DNA from: Octopus sinensis
Lineage: Eukaryota
NCBI RefSeq assembly: GCF_006345805.1
Contig: NC_042997.1
Span: 71,052,001-71,116,000, forward strand
Reading direction: 5' to 3'
DNA: 64,000 nucleotides
Shown here: positions 40,690 through 54,742 of the stretch, one piece after another
Layout: each line of letters begins with the position of its first letter
Numbering within the stretch: the stretch's first letter is position 1
The notes under the pieces: model-generated
Told to the model about the DNA's origin: nothing
What the model saw: only the letters and a program-made list of their open reading frames with translations
The model's database searches: none
Position numbers and translations under genes: made by a program

Positions 40690-41560
40690 TTCAACAAAAA
40701 TACTGGAAGGCAGTATTTCCTCTCGCCACACTCACTTTCTTTCTCAAGTGAAACTTGGACAATTTGATGAGGGTTTGTTCAAAGAGGAAAGTGTCTGACT
40801 TCAGAACTTTCAGTCTGGTTCACACACAACATCTTTCGCTAAGGCCACCAGACAGATCAATGCCTGTCCTTGGCCAAAAGAAGGCGACATGACGACCCTC
40901 GTGATAGGCCTAGCTGATAGCCTATCCGACCTACACGCGATTGCAGGTGTTCGACATAACTCCACACATCAGCAATAGCAAGACATTGGACGAGTACGTG
41001 CAGAACAATTTCGTTGCTCTGTGTGCATCTCAACCAGGTCTGGGCTCACGGTACCTCCATGCCTGTAGAGTCTTTCACAAACCGGCAATGCGCCCTGGTA
41101 GCTCGGCCAGGAAAGAGATTTCTAAAAATTATTCAGGAGTCTGGTTCGAGTGTCCCACGGAACAGACCAGCCTGTCGCTCCTCGTACATTCCTAGAGATT
41201 TTCCAAGAACATCGTTGCTCTTACCTGTCATTAAAACTCTATTGAACGCCAAAATGAAACTTCTACCATAAGTATCGCGCTACAGTTTGAGGGCTGTGAG
41301 CCTTGGTCGACACTCTAAGTGCCAGGTATCCTGCCTTGGTCTAAACTCGATGCAACTCAGTCAAAGAACGCTCTGTGGAAAAGCGAGTCTGACAAACGGC
41401 TGGCACACTGTTCGCCGTCAAGGAAACGCAGGAGATGCCGCAGCTTCAACGCATATCTGCGCATAACCAGCCACGCGATGCCCAGTCTTCCATTTAGCGG
41501 GTGCTGATAAAAAATGGCACCTGACCATTGGAATACGTCGCTTCTGCAGAAAGTCGAGTT
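40690..41560 (-). mobile_element. L1/Tx1-like LINE 3' region relic
   Basis: Minus-strand QHPLNGRLGIAWLVMRRYALKLRHL, SLSWPSYQGALPV and RCTQSNEIVLHVLVQC..IADVWSYVEHL resemble the RT C-terminal and zf-RVT-like region. Frameshifted. Confidence 0.75.
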
Positions 41561-41779
41561 TGTGGAGATTTCCCTATGTTAGAAATAATGTAGAATTATT
41601 AGGTCTACCCAGTTCTGCGAGACGAAGATTGGCAGTGCTGCATAGAGAGAGGACGCTAACAAGCGGAGTCAACTTTTCTTTTCAACATTTCGCGATAAAT
41701 AAGATAAGGTACCAGTCAAGTACTGAGATCGATGTTTAACTGAAGTTCATGATTTCTCTTCCACTCATCATCGTCGTCG

Positions 41780-41819
<40 letters not shown>

Positions 41820-41827
41820 TATTTTTG

Positions 41828-42500
41828 AGGTGGCAAACTGGCAGAATCGATAAAACGCCGGGCAAAATGCTTCGCGGCATTTCATCCGACTGCACATCCT
41901 GAGTTCAAATTCTGCCGAGCTCGACTTGGCCTTTCATCCTTTAGGAGTTGATAAATTAAGTACCAGTGAAACACTGGGATCAACGTAATCGACTAGTTAA
42001 CTCCCACAAAATTTCAGATCTTGTGCCTTTAGTAGAAAGGATCATTATTGTTGTTGTTGTGTTGTTGTTGTTGTTGTTATCATTATTATTGTTATTATTA
42101 TTTTTGCTAAGGCGGCGAGCTGGCAAAATCATTAGCATTCTTAGCAGCATTTCGTCCGTCTGCACATTCTGAGTTCAAATTCTACCGAGGTCGTCTTTGC
42201 CTTTCATCCTTTCGGAGTCGATAAAATGCGCACCAGTTGTGTACTGAGGGTCGATGTAATTGACTATCCCCTCCCCAAAATTTCAGGCTTTGTGCCTATA
42301 GTAGAAAGAATTATTATTACTAAGGCAGCCTGCTGGCATAGTCGTTAGTACACCGGGCAAAATGCTTAGTGGTATTTCTGAGTTCAAATTCCGCTGAGGG
42401 CGAATTTGCCACCTGTCTTTTTGGGGTCAATAAAATAAGTACCATTTGAGTTCTGGGATCCCCTTCCACGAAATTGCTGGCTTTATGCCAAAATTTGAAA
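41828..42500 (+). mobile_element. Three head-to-tail monomeric SINE B copies (41828-42040, 42111-42308, 42322-42500)
   Basis: Each has a ggc(g)gc-agc-tggc head and a tgtgcct tail, separated by (ATT/GTT)n. Confidence 0.85.
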
Positions 42501-42523
42501 TCATTACTATTATTTGTAATATT

Positions 42524-42612
42524 GAGTGAGAGAGCTGCCATGAAAGTGACGGTGTGGTAGAAATATACGAAGCCCAATATATCCATTATGACTACACGTC
42601 TAATAAGGGTAC
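42524..42612 (-). mobile_element. Family C 3' fragment, degenerate
   Basis: gagtgagagag..aaatatacgaagccca-tata-ccat-atgactac-cgtct-ataagggtac. Confidence 0.75.
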
Positions 42613-44617
42613 GCCATATATGAATTCACGGTGACACTAAAACACGCCCACAAAACTGAGAACCCGTAGAAGGGGAAATGGTTCTGCTGATTAAGTCCAC
42701 AGGCAGCGACTGCAACAATACCTGTAACAGCAGTAACAACCTCAGCAGCAACAGGAGCAGCAAAAACAAGAGGCCACAACATCAACAAAAACATCAGAAG
42801 AATTACCGTTATCAAGACCCATCACATCACAGAAAAAAGCGTCTGAAAACCCTAGAACAACAACCTATGACATGCCCATCCTAAATCACATTACGCAGTC
42901 ACGCCAGGTCGTGTGGTGAAAGTGAGTGTGATGAAACTAAATACCAAAAGTCGTTAATGAAAAGAAAAGGAAACAAAATACGCCAACGGAAAAAATAAAA
43001 CGGAGATTTGAGCAAATGTGGGGAACGTTTTTGAGAAACTATATACCAGAAATGGTTGAATTGCTTGGGGTCTGATTTGGTTCAGATCTTCAAGTTGCCT
43101 CTTACATTTTATGTAGTATCGATGGAGGGTATTGAGAGAGATAAATTGTACAACATTTTCAAATTGGAGATTATATATAATTTACAAAAGAACACGATCC
43201 AGTATTACTACTAGCGTACGTTTTCTGTTGGCTTGCTTACGATCCAGTAATAAGTGGAAATCGAACCGGTGAGTGTGTTAGACAATAAGGCATTAAGACA
43301 ATATGACTCTCCTCAAACAACATAATTTGTTTCAGCCCACGAATTCACATAAAAAATCTTGCAAAACAGATACAAAAACGAAGTACATTTATTTACTTAT
43401 ATATAATATATGTACATATGTATATGATATATACGGATTTATATATTATGCTTAAAGACGTTGATGAAAGTTTAATTGAAGCCTGATGACCCTTTATCAG
43501 CGCTTAAGAAGGCAATTAGGCAATCCTCTCAGGGTTTCCTATGCAGCCAGATATATTTTAAACGTGATAGCAGCGGTTTAATAAAATCACAAAAAGTTAG
43601 TAATCCATAAACATTGAACGAGAGTATTGGGAGAGCATTACGTTATTCACCTTGAATCTTGGACACATCTAACTTTTGACACTACAGTTCAAAAGGATCG
43701 TCTCCCGACAGCCGAAAATGTTCGCCAGTAGTAATACTGCACCATATACTTTTGGAAATTATCTATAATCTTCGATTTGTAAACACCGTTCGGTTTACCT
43801 GTATCAACTCCGCCAGATCTACTTATAATGCGAGAGACAACTGTCCAATGGTGACTTTATTGTTCAGCAGATGTGAACGATAAGCAATACTCTAGATTCT
43901 CAGATACCATAGTTGGCTGTGCTTAACATTGATTATGTAGTTATCAAAGAGATGAACTGTGTGAAGGCATATCTGACAAATGGTGTCCCCACTTGTTCAC
44001 TATACTGGAATCTTTGCAGACTCATCCTGATTCATGTTAGAGGATACTTATTTTCCTCTTCTCCCCCTCCCCTTCCCCATCAATAATGTACAGAACGACA
44101 GAATCAAATGTTTTGTTATACTTGTTCATTCTCAGCTCAGCTACGACCGCGCAAATTTATGATCAAAAAGCATTCCAACCATTCAATGTTTCTTTTCTTT
44201 TTTATGATGTTAATGTATCATTTCAAGGTGATTTGTCGACCATTCTGGGCAGCCCATGAACCAACATACTGTCAGAGAATACTGTGTGGCATTGCCAAGG
44301 GACTAAATTCCATACGTGCCTTCTTTGACTTTCTTCCTACTGTTCTCATTGAATTAATAAGAACTCACTGATTTTATTGATTATATATCTCTCAACAATT
44401 GTGTGAAGTTTTCCTATGTTAAAAATAATATAGAATTATTAAGTCTACCGCAACTAGTAACAGAACGGGAGAACTCCCAGTACTGCGAGCCGAAAAATGG
44501 CAGCGCTGCTGAGATAATACTTGTCTTCAGTGATCTGGTCGAAAAAAATATGAATGATCTTCAATAGATTCATCCACGACAACCTCCATTTCATCCGAGA
44601 TGACATATATAAGGTAG

Positions 44618-45697
44618 TGTTACGGGACCCCCTCGAAAGTTGCTACGGAATCCCACCTGCCGTCGCTCAAACTCGAACTCGGGATCCCAACAAGTCGAGC
44701 GACGACGATTGACCAGGCCCGATCGATCAGCGACTCTTCGCCACGGAACTCAGAGAGGAGAGAGAAAACAACATCAACAACAGCAGCAGGAAGAGACACA
44801 GAGGCACAAAGAAATACAGCGGAAGGCAATTGGCTACGTTTAACCTACTAGTTTATAACACTTTATAATTGTTACATAAAATACATATCAGATACATCAA
44901 AGAGGAAATACATGCAAGTAACAACACATCAAATGCAATAACAACAGCATTTCAAGAAAACAACAAATCAATACAGGTATACAACAGATCAGTTCTGTTT
45001 CAAATCACATTAAAGGCATATACAATGTTCATAGACAAATAAGTTCACGTTACAAATCAATGTTCAATTAACGTACACTTCACATTAACGTTACAGTTCA
45101 AAGGACAATTAACACATATACAGTTCAATGTTCATTAAAGACTACAACAGAGTCTCTCTCTTTCTTTAACAGTTCTGTAACACATATCAATACAATTCAC
45201 ATTGTTCCTTTTACTGTCTCATTTCTTTTTCCAGCCTTTATAACACATCAACAAGTCCTTTACTCAATTCACATATCAATACAACAATTCACGTACCGTT
45301 ACATCAGCCAATGCCTCATATTGTAGTTCCTCTCTATTAGCTGCCTAATCCTCTGTATATCCCTCTCTGTCACAGCAGAACAAACCATTACTAACTCGCT
45401 GTACAATCCCAACTGTTTACTCTCTCATGTCTGTCTGTCTCTCTCTCAGTACACTGTCACCAGCAGAACAGCCCTGCTAAACTGCCAACTGCTTGCCTTG
45501 AATCCCAAATCCTGACTGTCTCTCACACTCACAAACTGACTGCTTATTTAAGGGGGCAGCCCTCAAATGAACCCTAATTCACCTGAAAGGGTCGGGGAGT
45601 TTCCCCAGAGCTAATTAATCAACCCGCATCTGGCAGAACAATGGATTCATTCCCAAAAGTAGGTCGCAATCAACTGTCCTCAAGTTGAACCACAACA
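44618..45697. mobile_element. Solo LTR (Gypsy/BEL-like), 1080 bp
   Basis: Termini TGTT...AACA. 4-bp TSD GTAG at 44614-44617 and 45698-45701. No internal ORF. Confidence 0.75.
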
Positions 45698-46077
45698 GTA
45701 GGAAACAAAAGTGGCTCTAGTAAAGGCACTGGTGAATATGGATCAGTCAAAATCTTTTTATTAGAGTCGAGCATCGCTTGCTTAAAAGTGGTCGGTTTCA
45801 TACCTATACTTAGAGGCTGGATTACTCCAGAATATATTCGCGCGCTCGCTTAATCAAGGATATCTTCTCATCACTTTTGTAGGGGACGGGCTCTCTAGTA
45901 ATTGCTGTAGAAGTTGAATGAGTTGAATAAACATGCTGAGGTCGACTTTGCCTTTTATTCTTTTTCGTCAATAAAATAAGTATCAGTCAAATAGTGGGAA
46001 TGACGTAATTGATTTATATCATCTCTCTAAAACTGTTGGCTTTGTAAAAATTTAAAGCCATTATCACTAGTATTAGG

Positions 46078-46290
46078 GTGGCTAAGGTGGGGAGTTTGCA
46101 GAATCACTAGCACGTTGCACAAACTGCTTAGCTACATTTCGTCCGTCTTTACGTTCCGAGTTCAAATTCCACTATGGTCAACTTTGCCTTTCATCTTTTC
46201 GGGGTTGATAAAATATGTACCAGTTAAGTAGTGGGGTTGATGCAACCGATTTACCCCTTCCACAAAATTGCTGGCCCTGTGCCAAAATTT
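46078..46290 (+). mobile_element. SINE family B monomer with an (ATT)n tail
   Basis: ttacgttccgagttcaaattcc..ttttcggggttgataaaat..gtaccagt. Confidence 0.8.
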
Positions 46291-46308
46291 GAAATCATTA
46301 TTATTATT

Positions 46309-46360
<52 letters not shown>

Positions 46361-46389
46361 CATCAACATCATCATCATTATTATTATTA

Positions 46390-46424
<35 letters not shown>

Positions 46425-47234
46425 GCGGCTGATTAGAGTCATCTGAGCGTCTGCCAAAATACCTTACGGTTTGTGTCCCGAATCTTCTGAGTTGAGTTTT
46501 GCCTTTGCTTTTCATTATTCCGGGTTAAAGTACCAGTGAAGTAGCTGGTATATATTATCGATTATTCCCTCCCCCCAACATTGCCGGCTTTGTGCCTAAA
46601 ATTGAAATACTTGTGCTAGAGTCGATTTAACTGGCAATGATGTTTTTCTTCGTTGCTTTGGCCCAATTTAAGCAAATATTGCTAGATGACCTCTATATCT
46701 GTTTTATTCCACTATGGTAACTTCTCTGCAAAGCAACTAATTTCATACACTCTCCACCTAAGGAGAAACCCATGCCACAGTTTCTCTTCTGTCACCCTCA
46801 TAGTTTCTTTTCTCTCTGAGCCTGCATAAAATATTTTATTTATCCATTTTGCTTTAGAGTTGCAATTCCTGAACTCTCCATGGTTTTTTGTGCAAACATG
46901 ATCCTACAAATGTTTATGCTAGCTATATACTTTATGGATGATAGAAAGATAAATGGTTCAAATGTGCAAAAACAAAAGGCAGAGACAGGGAAGAAGAAAG
47001 AAGGTGTATTAATTTGACGCCTAGGAAAAATGGGAAAGCCTGTGACATTTCGAACCTACTCTCATTGACAGAAAGATAAGCACTGTTGTATTGGAATTTC
47101 TAAGCCACACAAGTCGAATATCAATGCTGTTACATATTTATTCCAGTTCTCTACTTTTTTTTTCATATCGCTTTGTAAGACTAACTAACAAGGACATTAC
47201 TTATATATATATGGTCACTGGACATGCTTAAAGT

Positions 47235-47450
47235 AATTCTTTCTAGTATAGGCACATATAATTTTATTCTGTGTGGTGAGGAGCGCTAGTCGGTTAGTTT
47301 GACCCCACTGCTCGACAGGTACTTATCTTAATCGACCTGGAAGGATGAAAGGCAAAATAGACCTCAGCGGAAATTCAATGTAAAACTGGATGAAATGCCT
47401 CGGAGTATTTTGTACGGTGTACTAACAATTCCGCCAGTTCACCGCTTTAA
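47235..47450 (-). mobile_element. SINE family B, degenerate
   Basis: gaccccactgc..ggtactt..aatcgacc..aaggatgaaaggcaaa. Confidence 0.7.
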
Positions 47451-49263
47451 CTTTGCGTAAAATAATAGCCACATCTCCTTCAAATTAAAGCATAATTACT
47501 TTTTAAAAAGTGAAAAAGGCACTAAACAATACAACACAGGAAATTAATATGGAGCGAACAGGCAAAGCTTAAACGGCATTCATCATATGTCTGATTGATT
47601 TCAATCTACTTCGGGATGAAACAGCAGCGACAACTTCGGTCTTCGAAAGTAACATCGATTTATAACTGTGAAGAATTGTGTTTAGTGGTATTGTGTACAT
47701 TCGTATGCTACTTAGGGAGGAAATTCCAATATTACGGACAAACTCTTTCAAGGTGCGTGGAATATTCATGTATATATTTCAAATCAAGCACACAAAGATA
47801 TACACATGCATAAAGTTACGGTCAATCATATTTAACATGTTCGTCTACATTTACACGTGGAAAGACAATGCACTGCAAAAGATGTCTCCATCGAAGCAAT
47901 TCGCCTTATTAACAATATTGGTGTAAACACACCACTAGGCCATGAGTAGGATGTATGACTGCATCAATACCTTTCATCGGCTATGTATACCGAGCCATCA
48001 TTCATGGCCATCTAGAGCTGGTCGCTCATATATTAGCATAGCGAATGCTATATTTGCCGTTGCGCCAATAGTTTTATCAACCTGGAATAAATTAACTAGA
48101 GGTGTATTAAGTAGTGTTGACTGAAATATAGTTATGTACAGTCATAACATGCTTGAGCACATTCGGACATGGCAGGACAATACGATGCAGAAGTTATCTT
48201 GAGAGAAGAAAATTCTCATGCGTTTCTGCGTTTGTTACGTTTCATCAGCTACAACCATATTGTATATAAAGAGAATTTCGTCACTAGAGATCACATTCTC
48301 ATTCCATGTCCGTATGCACACAAACATGTCAAATACGACTGTGCATAACTATATTTCCTTCAATGCAGCTTAGCTGCACTTCTGACTTATTTATTCGATC
48401 CTCATAAAGCTTTTCGCACATCAGCAAATGTTCCATTTGTCATTCTAATACAAGAGCAACCGACACTTTGAAGCCCCAAGCGACAGATAGATACACGCAG
48501 ACGATAAAACGTAATTATGCAGATACTCATGCGTCCTCCTGTCCAGTGCCTATATTCATATCTGAGAGTTGTGTTCACACCCATATTGTTTACAAGGAGA
48601 ATTTCTTCACTACAAAGAACTTGTGCAGCGTGTTTTCGTTCCATGTCCGAATGTACCATATATGTTAAATATGACTGTATATAACTAATTTCATTAAACG
48701 CTAGTTAGTTCAGCACTAATTGATATATATGCATATACATCCACCCAAATGCATGCGTACATATGTACAGCATACAGCCATATACATATATACACATACA
48801 CACACACCCATACACATATTATCATTCCTATAGCTGTTGTTGTTCCATCTTTTCACGTGATAATCGTTCAAGAGTTATCTGTGCTTTAACGGATTATAGT
48901 CAAACGCTTATAAGACACGTCTGCCTCTCTCTATATTGTCCGAAGTTAAATATCTGATGAGAATCAAGAGCCTGATGATCGAAATCTCTCTTATATGAAA
49001 ATTTCATATCAGAGCACCTATCAAATGACTCTCAACAATAATTCTCAAACACATTTGGTTTGCGGTCCAGAAGCATAAACTATTCCCTGTTGACCGGATT
49101 GTGACAATTTTTCTTACAATAAATGTCTTAATGTAGAACAAAATAGATACATAAAAGTGTCAATAACCTTATAACAACTTTATTAATAATAAAGACAGAA
49201 ACATGAGGTATTAGCAAAGTTTGTGGGCAGGGATGTATGGTGAAAACTCATCAACATAGTATC

Positions 49264-50640
49264 AGGCTCTGCAGTGATTACCATGACTTTGAGACTCAGT
49301 CTCAACTCATGGCTCACCACTTCATCCTTCGCGGATATCCCCACACAACTGTTCGCACAGCCCTTGCCAGAACACGTTCCGTGGACTGTGCCTCTGCTCT
49401 CTCTTCCCGTACCCGCCCCGCCGTTGCCCGTTTCCCGTTTCTCCTAACCTACCACCCTGTCCCTTCAACGCACTATTCTCCGAACCTTCCGATGATTCCA
49501 GTCCGACCCCTCTACTTTGCATATCTTCCCCAACCTACCCCTTCTCTCTTTCAAACGAGCCCACAAACTGCGTGACCTGCTGGTCCGCAGTTTCTTCTCT
49601 AACCCCTCCTCCTAACCTGGCTCATTTGCCTATTCCTTCCCACGCATCCATCCCTACTTGCCCCGACTTATCCAACACCATCATCCTCACAGGCACTCAT
49701 CATCATCCCTATCATATCACTAACTCCTTTATTAGCACTTCTAGCAACGTCATTTACTGCATCTGCTCTTTCTGACCTTCTCTGTACATTGGTCAAACGG
49801 GACGCCGCTTGGCTGACCGGTTCGTGGAGCACCTCCAAGACATTAGACTCGGCAATGACAGCCCGGCCTCGCTCCATTTCCGCTCTACCTGTCATTCATT
49901 GCAACACCTGTCTGTGTTCGGATTGTCTTTGCACAGAGGCCATTCGCTGTGAACAGGAATTAATCTTCTCTCTTCCCTCCTTTGCCCACATGACCCTCCT
50001 CGCTTTATATGACTCCTCTCCTTTCCTCTCTTCATCTGACACCTACTTCATCTCTTCACTCCTACACACCTTCTCTCTTCATTGATAACCCCTCCACCTA
50101 CACCTCACACCCACACATCCACACACCCAACTCCAATATTCCCGACCCCAACCCCTACACCTCCACCTCACACCCACACATCCACACACCCAACTCCAAT
50201 ATTCCCGACCCCAACCCCTACACCTCCACCTCACACCCACATCTCTACCCACACCTACATCTCCACCCCACATGCTACGCCTACACCTCACTCATTTCCC
50301 CACCCCACATCGCACCACCCCAATCACGCCACATCACTCCACACACACTAGCAGTGACTACTTCCCAGCATCCACATCACATACTATCTTCTGCACACAC
50401 ACACCATCATCCGCACACCCCCACACCAACATCCACACACCCACACATTACAAATGCACATACACACGCACGCATCCGCACGCATCCCTTTGTTTTGGGA
50501 TCACCAATACTTTATTATCTCCCCTTCTTTCTACCCCTCCTTTCAAACCTTCTTTTCCCAACCAGCCGCCATGCTCTATCGCTAAATCCACAAGTTTGTG
50601 TTTTTTTCTCTGTTTATTTTCTCTTATCATCTTTCGCAGT
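49264..50640 (+). mobile_element. 5'-truncated Neptune-type PLE, copy 2 (degenerate)
   Basis: RLCSDYHDFETQSQLMAHHFILRGYP and YIGQTGRRLADRFVEHL (frameshifted). 3' UTR blocks are shared with 11330-11450 (acgca-ccct-tgtt-ggg, ttatctcccc, ccgccatg). Confidence 0.9.
50101..50242 (+). repeat. 63-bp tandem repeat, ~2.3 copies
   Basis: Unit cacctcacacccacacatccacacacccaactccaatattcccgaccccaacccctacacctc at 50101, 50164 and partially at 50227. Confidence 0.92.
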
Positions 50641-50669
50641 TTTATGACAAGTGTAGGTAATTTTTCAGA

Positions 50670-52770
50670 GGCCTAGGAAGGGGTACTTGACAAACATGGT
50701 GTTGGAAAATGCAATGAAAATAACGTCTTCTGCTAAAATATTGCGTTGAACAATAATCAAGTCACCACTATCATCTTCTAGCAGAAAGATAGTCTGGAGA
50801 AAATCTGGATGCACATTTGGTCCAAGAATCGGACCAAGCTGATCTCCACGTAAAACTTCTGTCAAGAATTCTAACTTCTTTATAGATTTCTCTTCAAAAG
50901 CACAATTAAAACTCACCATACTGCAGTTTTACTGAACGAGACTAAGGGTTTTCCACAAAAAAACCCAGATATCTGTTCGAGGGTAATAACCAGGAGATCC
51001 AGAATTTGTTTGTTAAAAAGAGGTTTACTCATCAATAGTGTCTTGCTCAGCCCACTTGCCTTGATATGAAAGCTAACTTGTACTCAGTATGCAGCAAATT
51101 CCTCTACAGTTTTAGAGAAACCCAGAATTCTAGTAATCTAATCTTAAAGAGAACTAAACTGTGTACATACATCTGTGCCTACTGCGAGTTTTATGAATTT
51201 CTGCCGCTAAAGAATGGCCTTTCGCATCAATCTTAGAGAATCGCTAGTGCAATGTTTAAGGAGTTCATCCTTAACTGGTGGTTAGAACACTCTTAGACGC
51301 TACTGAATACCATCCACTTGATTCCAAGACTTCGTAGTTTATCTTTTGTTGCACCCGCTACTGTAGACAGAACTGGATCGGATCAAAAATTTGAAGAGTA
51401 TATCAAGGCCATAAAGTAGCTGAAACATGGAAAGGCGGTAGGAGTTGAGGGAAAGTTGCATGAGTTCTGTGTTTATGAGAGCAAGGCGAAATAAAACAGA
51501 ATGTAAATGCTGCAGTTACCACTGTGAGAGAACAAAGGTGCTTAAAATAACGGGTAATTGTGCTTTCCATTGCTCTCCTAAACTCATTTGTATCTTTCAT
51601 TGCAGACTAATTCCTCCAAAATAGTAATACTGTTTCAGACTAAACAAGAGCTTTCAGGACATGGTATTAGCTCAAGAAAAATGAAAAGAACAAGTACGAG
51701 GACTGTTCACTTGTAGACCCTACTAAAGCTTTCGACACAATGAGAAGGAAGGGCCTGGATAAAATTAAGAAACAATTGAGATGTTCTCCAAAATTTCTCA
51801 ACATGTTCATTCAGCTACATAAGAAACAACATGACACAACAACGAACCCTCACAGCTCTTCCAAATAGGAAAGAATGTAATGCGAAGCTGTCTTCCTCAT
51901 GTCTGCTCTCTTCATCACTCCTTCCGCTTGATGCTCAAAATGACCACAGAAACTTGGAGGAAGAGGATATTCTCTACATAAGTCAATAGCAGTCAATTCA
52001 ACCTGAGGCGAAGGCTGTTCCACAGAAAAAGCACAGGAACAATTCCTCTGAGAAATATCCTTTGGGACGTTCCAGAAATCGTTGCTTACATACTAAAGTA
52101 TAATATGCCCTGCTTTGTAGATCCCACCGAGCTCTTCCGACGTGAAGTTACCACCGTCCTTGAATACCCATCAGCGAAACAGATATGGAAACATTTGCTC
52201 AATTCAGTTAGCAGATATACCATTATTCCTGTAGACAACTGAATGACAAACAGTGCATTCGGTAAATTGTACAAAACTGTTTGAAACAGCGAGCCCTCTA
52301 CAAAAGAGACAAAGATCAGCGTATAGGTCACATTTCCCTACGACACCGAGTCATGAATTACCTATCACCACAACCTTCGACTCTTTGAGCACTTCCGCCA
52401 GCGCTGCCTCCGCGCCAACTTCAACATTCACTGGAGTGAACCCTCAAATAAGTGGAAATACACATCATCGAGGGTTACGCTTCTAAAGGCGCAATTGCAT
52501 TTTACAGGATTCTTATACATGTTGGAAGATCATTACCTGTCCAAGATTGTGCTATGTGGTGAACTTTCCACTGGTCATCAAAATAGATACGCATCAACAA
52601 AAATGTACAAGAAAAATATGATGTCTGCCACATCAACTGTTACGTGGGTCTACTAAAATCTCCAATTGTGTAGCTTGGCGACATACCATTCAACATACCG
52701 TTTCTTTCTTAGATAGTGCACGCATATTTGCCGTGGCAAACAAGAGAAAATTCAACGTGGAAAACTACCT
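50670..52770 (+). mobile_element. Degenerate RTE (BovB-like) LINE with APE and RT remnants
   Basis: GVLDKHGVGKCNEN (APE region), KAIK.LKHGKAVG, VDPTKAFDT.RR.GL and CSPKFLNM..QLH, plus a GELSTG C-terminal motif. Many frameshifts and deletions. Confidence 0.82.
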
Positions 52771-52824
52771 TCATGGTTCTACATTCGCGAGGTCGAGCCA
52801 TATGTATATGTATGCATACACACA

Positions 52825-52857
<33 letters not shown>

Positions 52858-53754
52858 TACACACACACACACACATACATACACACACACACATATGTAT
52901 GTATGTGTCTGTGTGTATGTGTGTGTATTTGTGTATGTGTGTGCTTGTGTTTCTGCAAACCGGCCAGAATTGCAAAAAGTAGTCGTAGTAGTAGTCATCA
53001 CTGATCGTGCCACTAGTATGTATCTATTTAACTTCTCTCTCGCTCTTCTCTTTTTTTGTCGTCCCTATGTCTGAGTACTACAAGCCGTCGTAGTACTAGT
53101 AGTAGTAGTAGCAGCAGCAAAAGCAGCTGGAAGTAAGATGATCAGCGAACATGAGCAGCAACATGGAAAATTCTGTTGACCCCGCCCATTTACTCCAACT
53201 TCATCGCTCCACCTTCCAACTCTGACAGCCAGCCTCTCCCACTCCTCTATTACTTTTTCGCAAATAAATAACCATCCTGCCGCTTCCCCGATATTTTCCT
53301 CGTCCTTCTTCTTCTTGTGCTTCTCTCACACCTTCAAAATTCTTTAAGCCCCAGGTCTCTTTTCCCATCCATTATTTAATTCTTCTTAATTTATGCAGTG
53401 CTCATATATCTACCTAATACACACACACTTTCTCTCTCTTTCTTTCCGTCTCAGCCTCTCACTCTCTCTCTCTTTCTTTCACCCTTCTTTCTCTGTCTCT
53501 CTTTCCTCCTCTGTCTTTCATCTTCATCTCGTTGTTATTAATGCCTGTACATAATCTGTTTCATTTCTTTATGCTGATTCAGACGCAATGAAATCTATCT
53601 TCTCTGTTGGATTTATTGTTTTATACTAGTATCAATACTCCATCATTTATACACACACAGACACACACACACACACACACGCATATATTCATATGTATGT
53701 ATGTGTATACATATGTGTGTGTGTATATGTGTGTGTGTCTGTGTGTGTGTGTGC

Positions 53755-53789
<35 letters not shown>

Positions 53790-54315
53790 AAGAGAGAGAA
53801 AGGAGAGAGAAAGAGAGATAGAGATGCGCTGACAAAATTATATGTGTATGTGTCCAGTTGTTCAAGGTCTATCTATCTACTGTAGAAAAAATTCTCAAGT
53901 GAAATCAGTGTGCCGCAGTGTGTTTAAGTTCAGCCTTAGGGTTACTGCTGCAGTTTGTCCGATAGACTTCCTACAATCTATTCACTTCCGCTTGGATTGT
54001 TTATCTCTACACACAGCTGTGGTAAAATCCACTGGAATACGAAGGCAACTAATGGAATCGAACACGACGAGGCCCTATGATATCAAAGCGAATATGTAGA
54101 CGACTCGGTTATGCACTGTGCAATTTACAAACATACTACTATATACGAAATGTTCACAAAGATGAAGTTTGCAGACAAAGTTTTCTTTTTAAAACAAGCG
54201 AAAAAAAATAATAATATACTTAAATTTAATTGAGTGATCCTTCGATGTTTTAGTGCGTTTATACATAAAAGCAAATGTTAATATATTTATATGTGCATGT
54301 ATATATATGATGATA

Positions 54316-54742
<427 letters not shown>

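Noticed and set aside
43880-43995. Minus-strand ICQIC..V..FDNY..V..SQ peptide resembling the C-terminal half of a zf-AD domain
   Set aside because: Only ~33 codons, preceded by two in-frame stops, with no in-phase acceptor and no N-terminal CxxC.
50665-50919. 84-aa minus-strand ORF with protein-like composition
   Set aside because: It is the antisense of the RTE APE-domain remnant on the plus strand.
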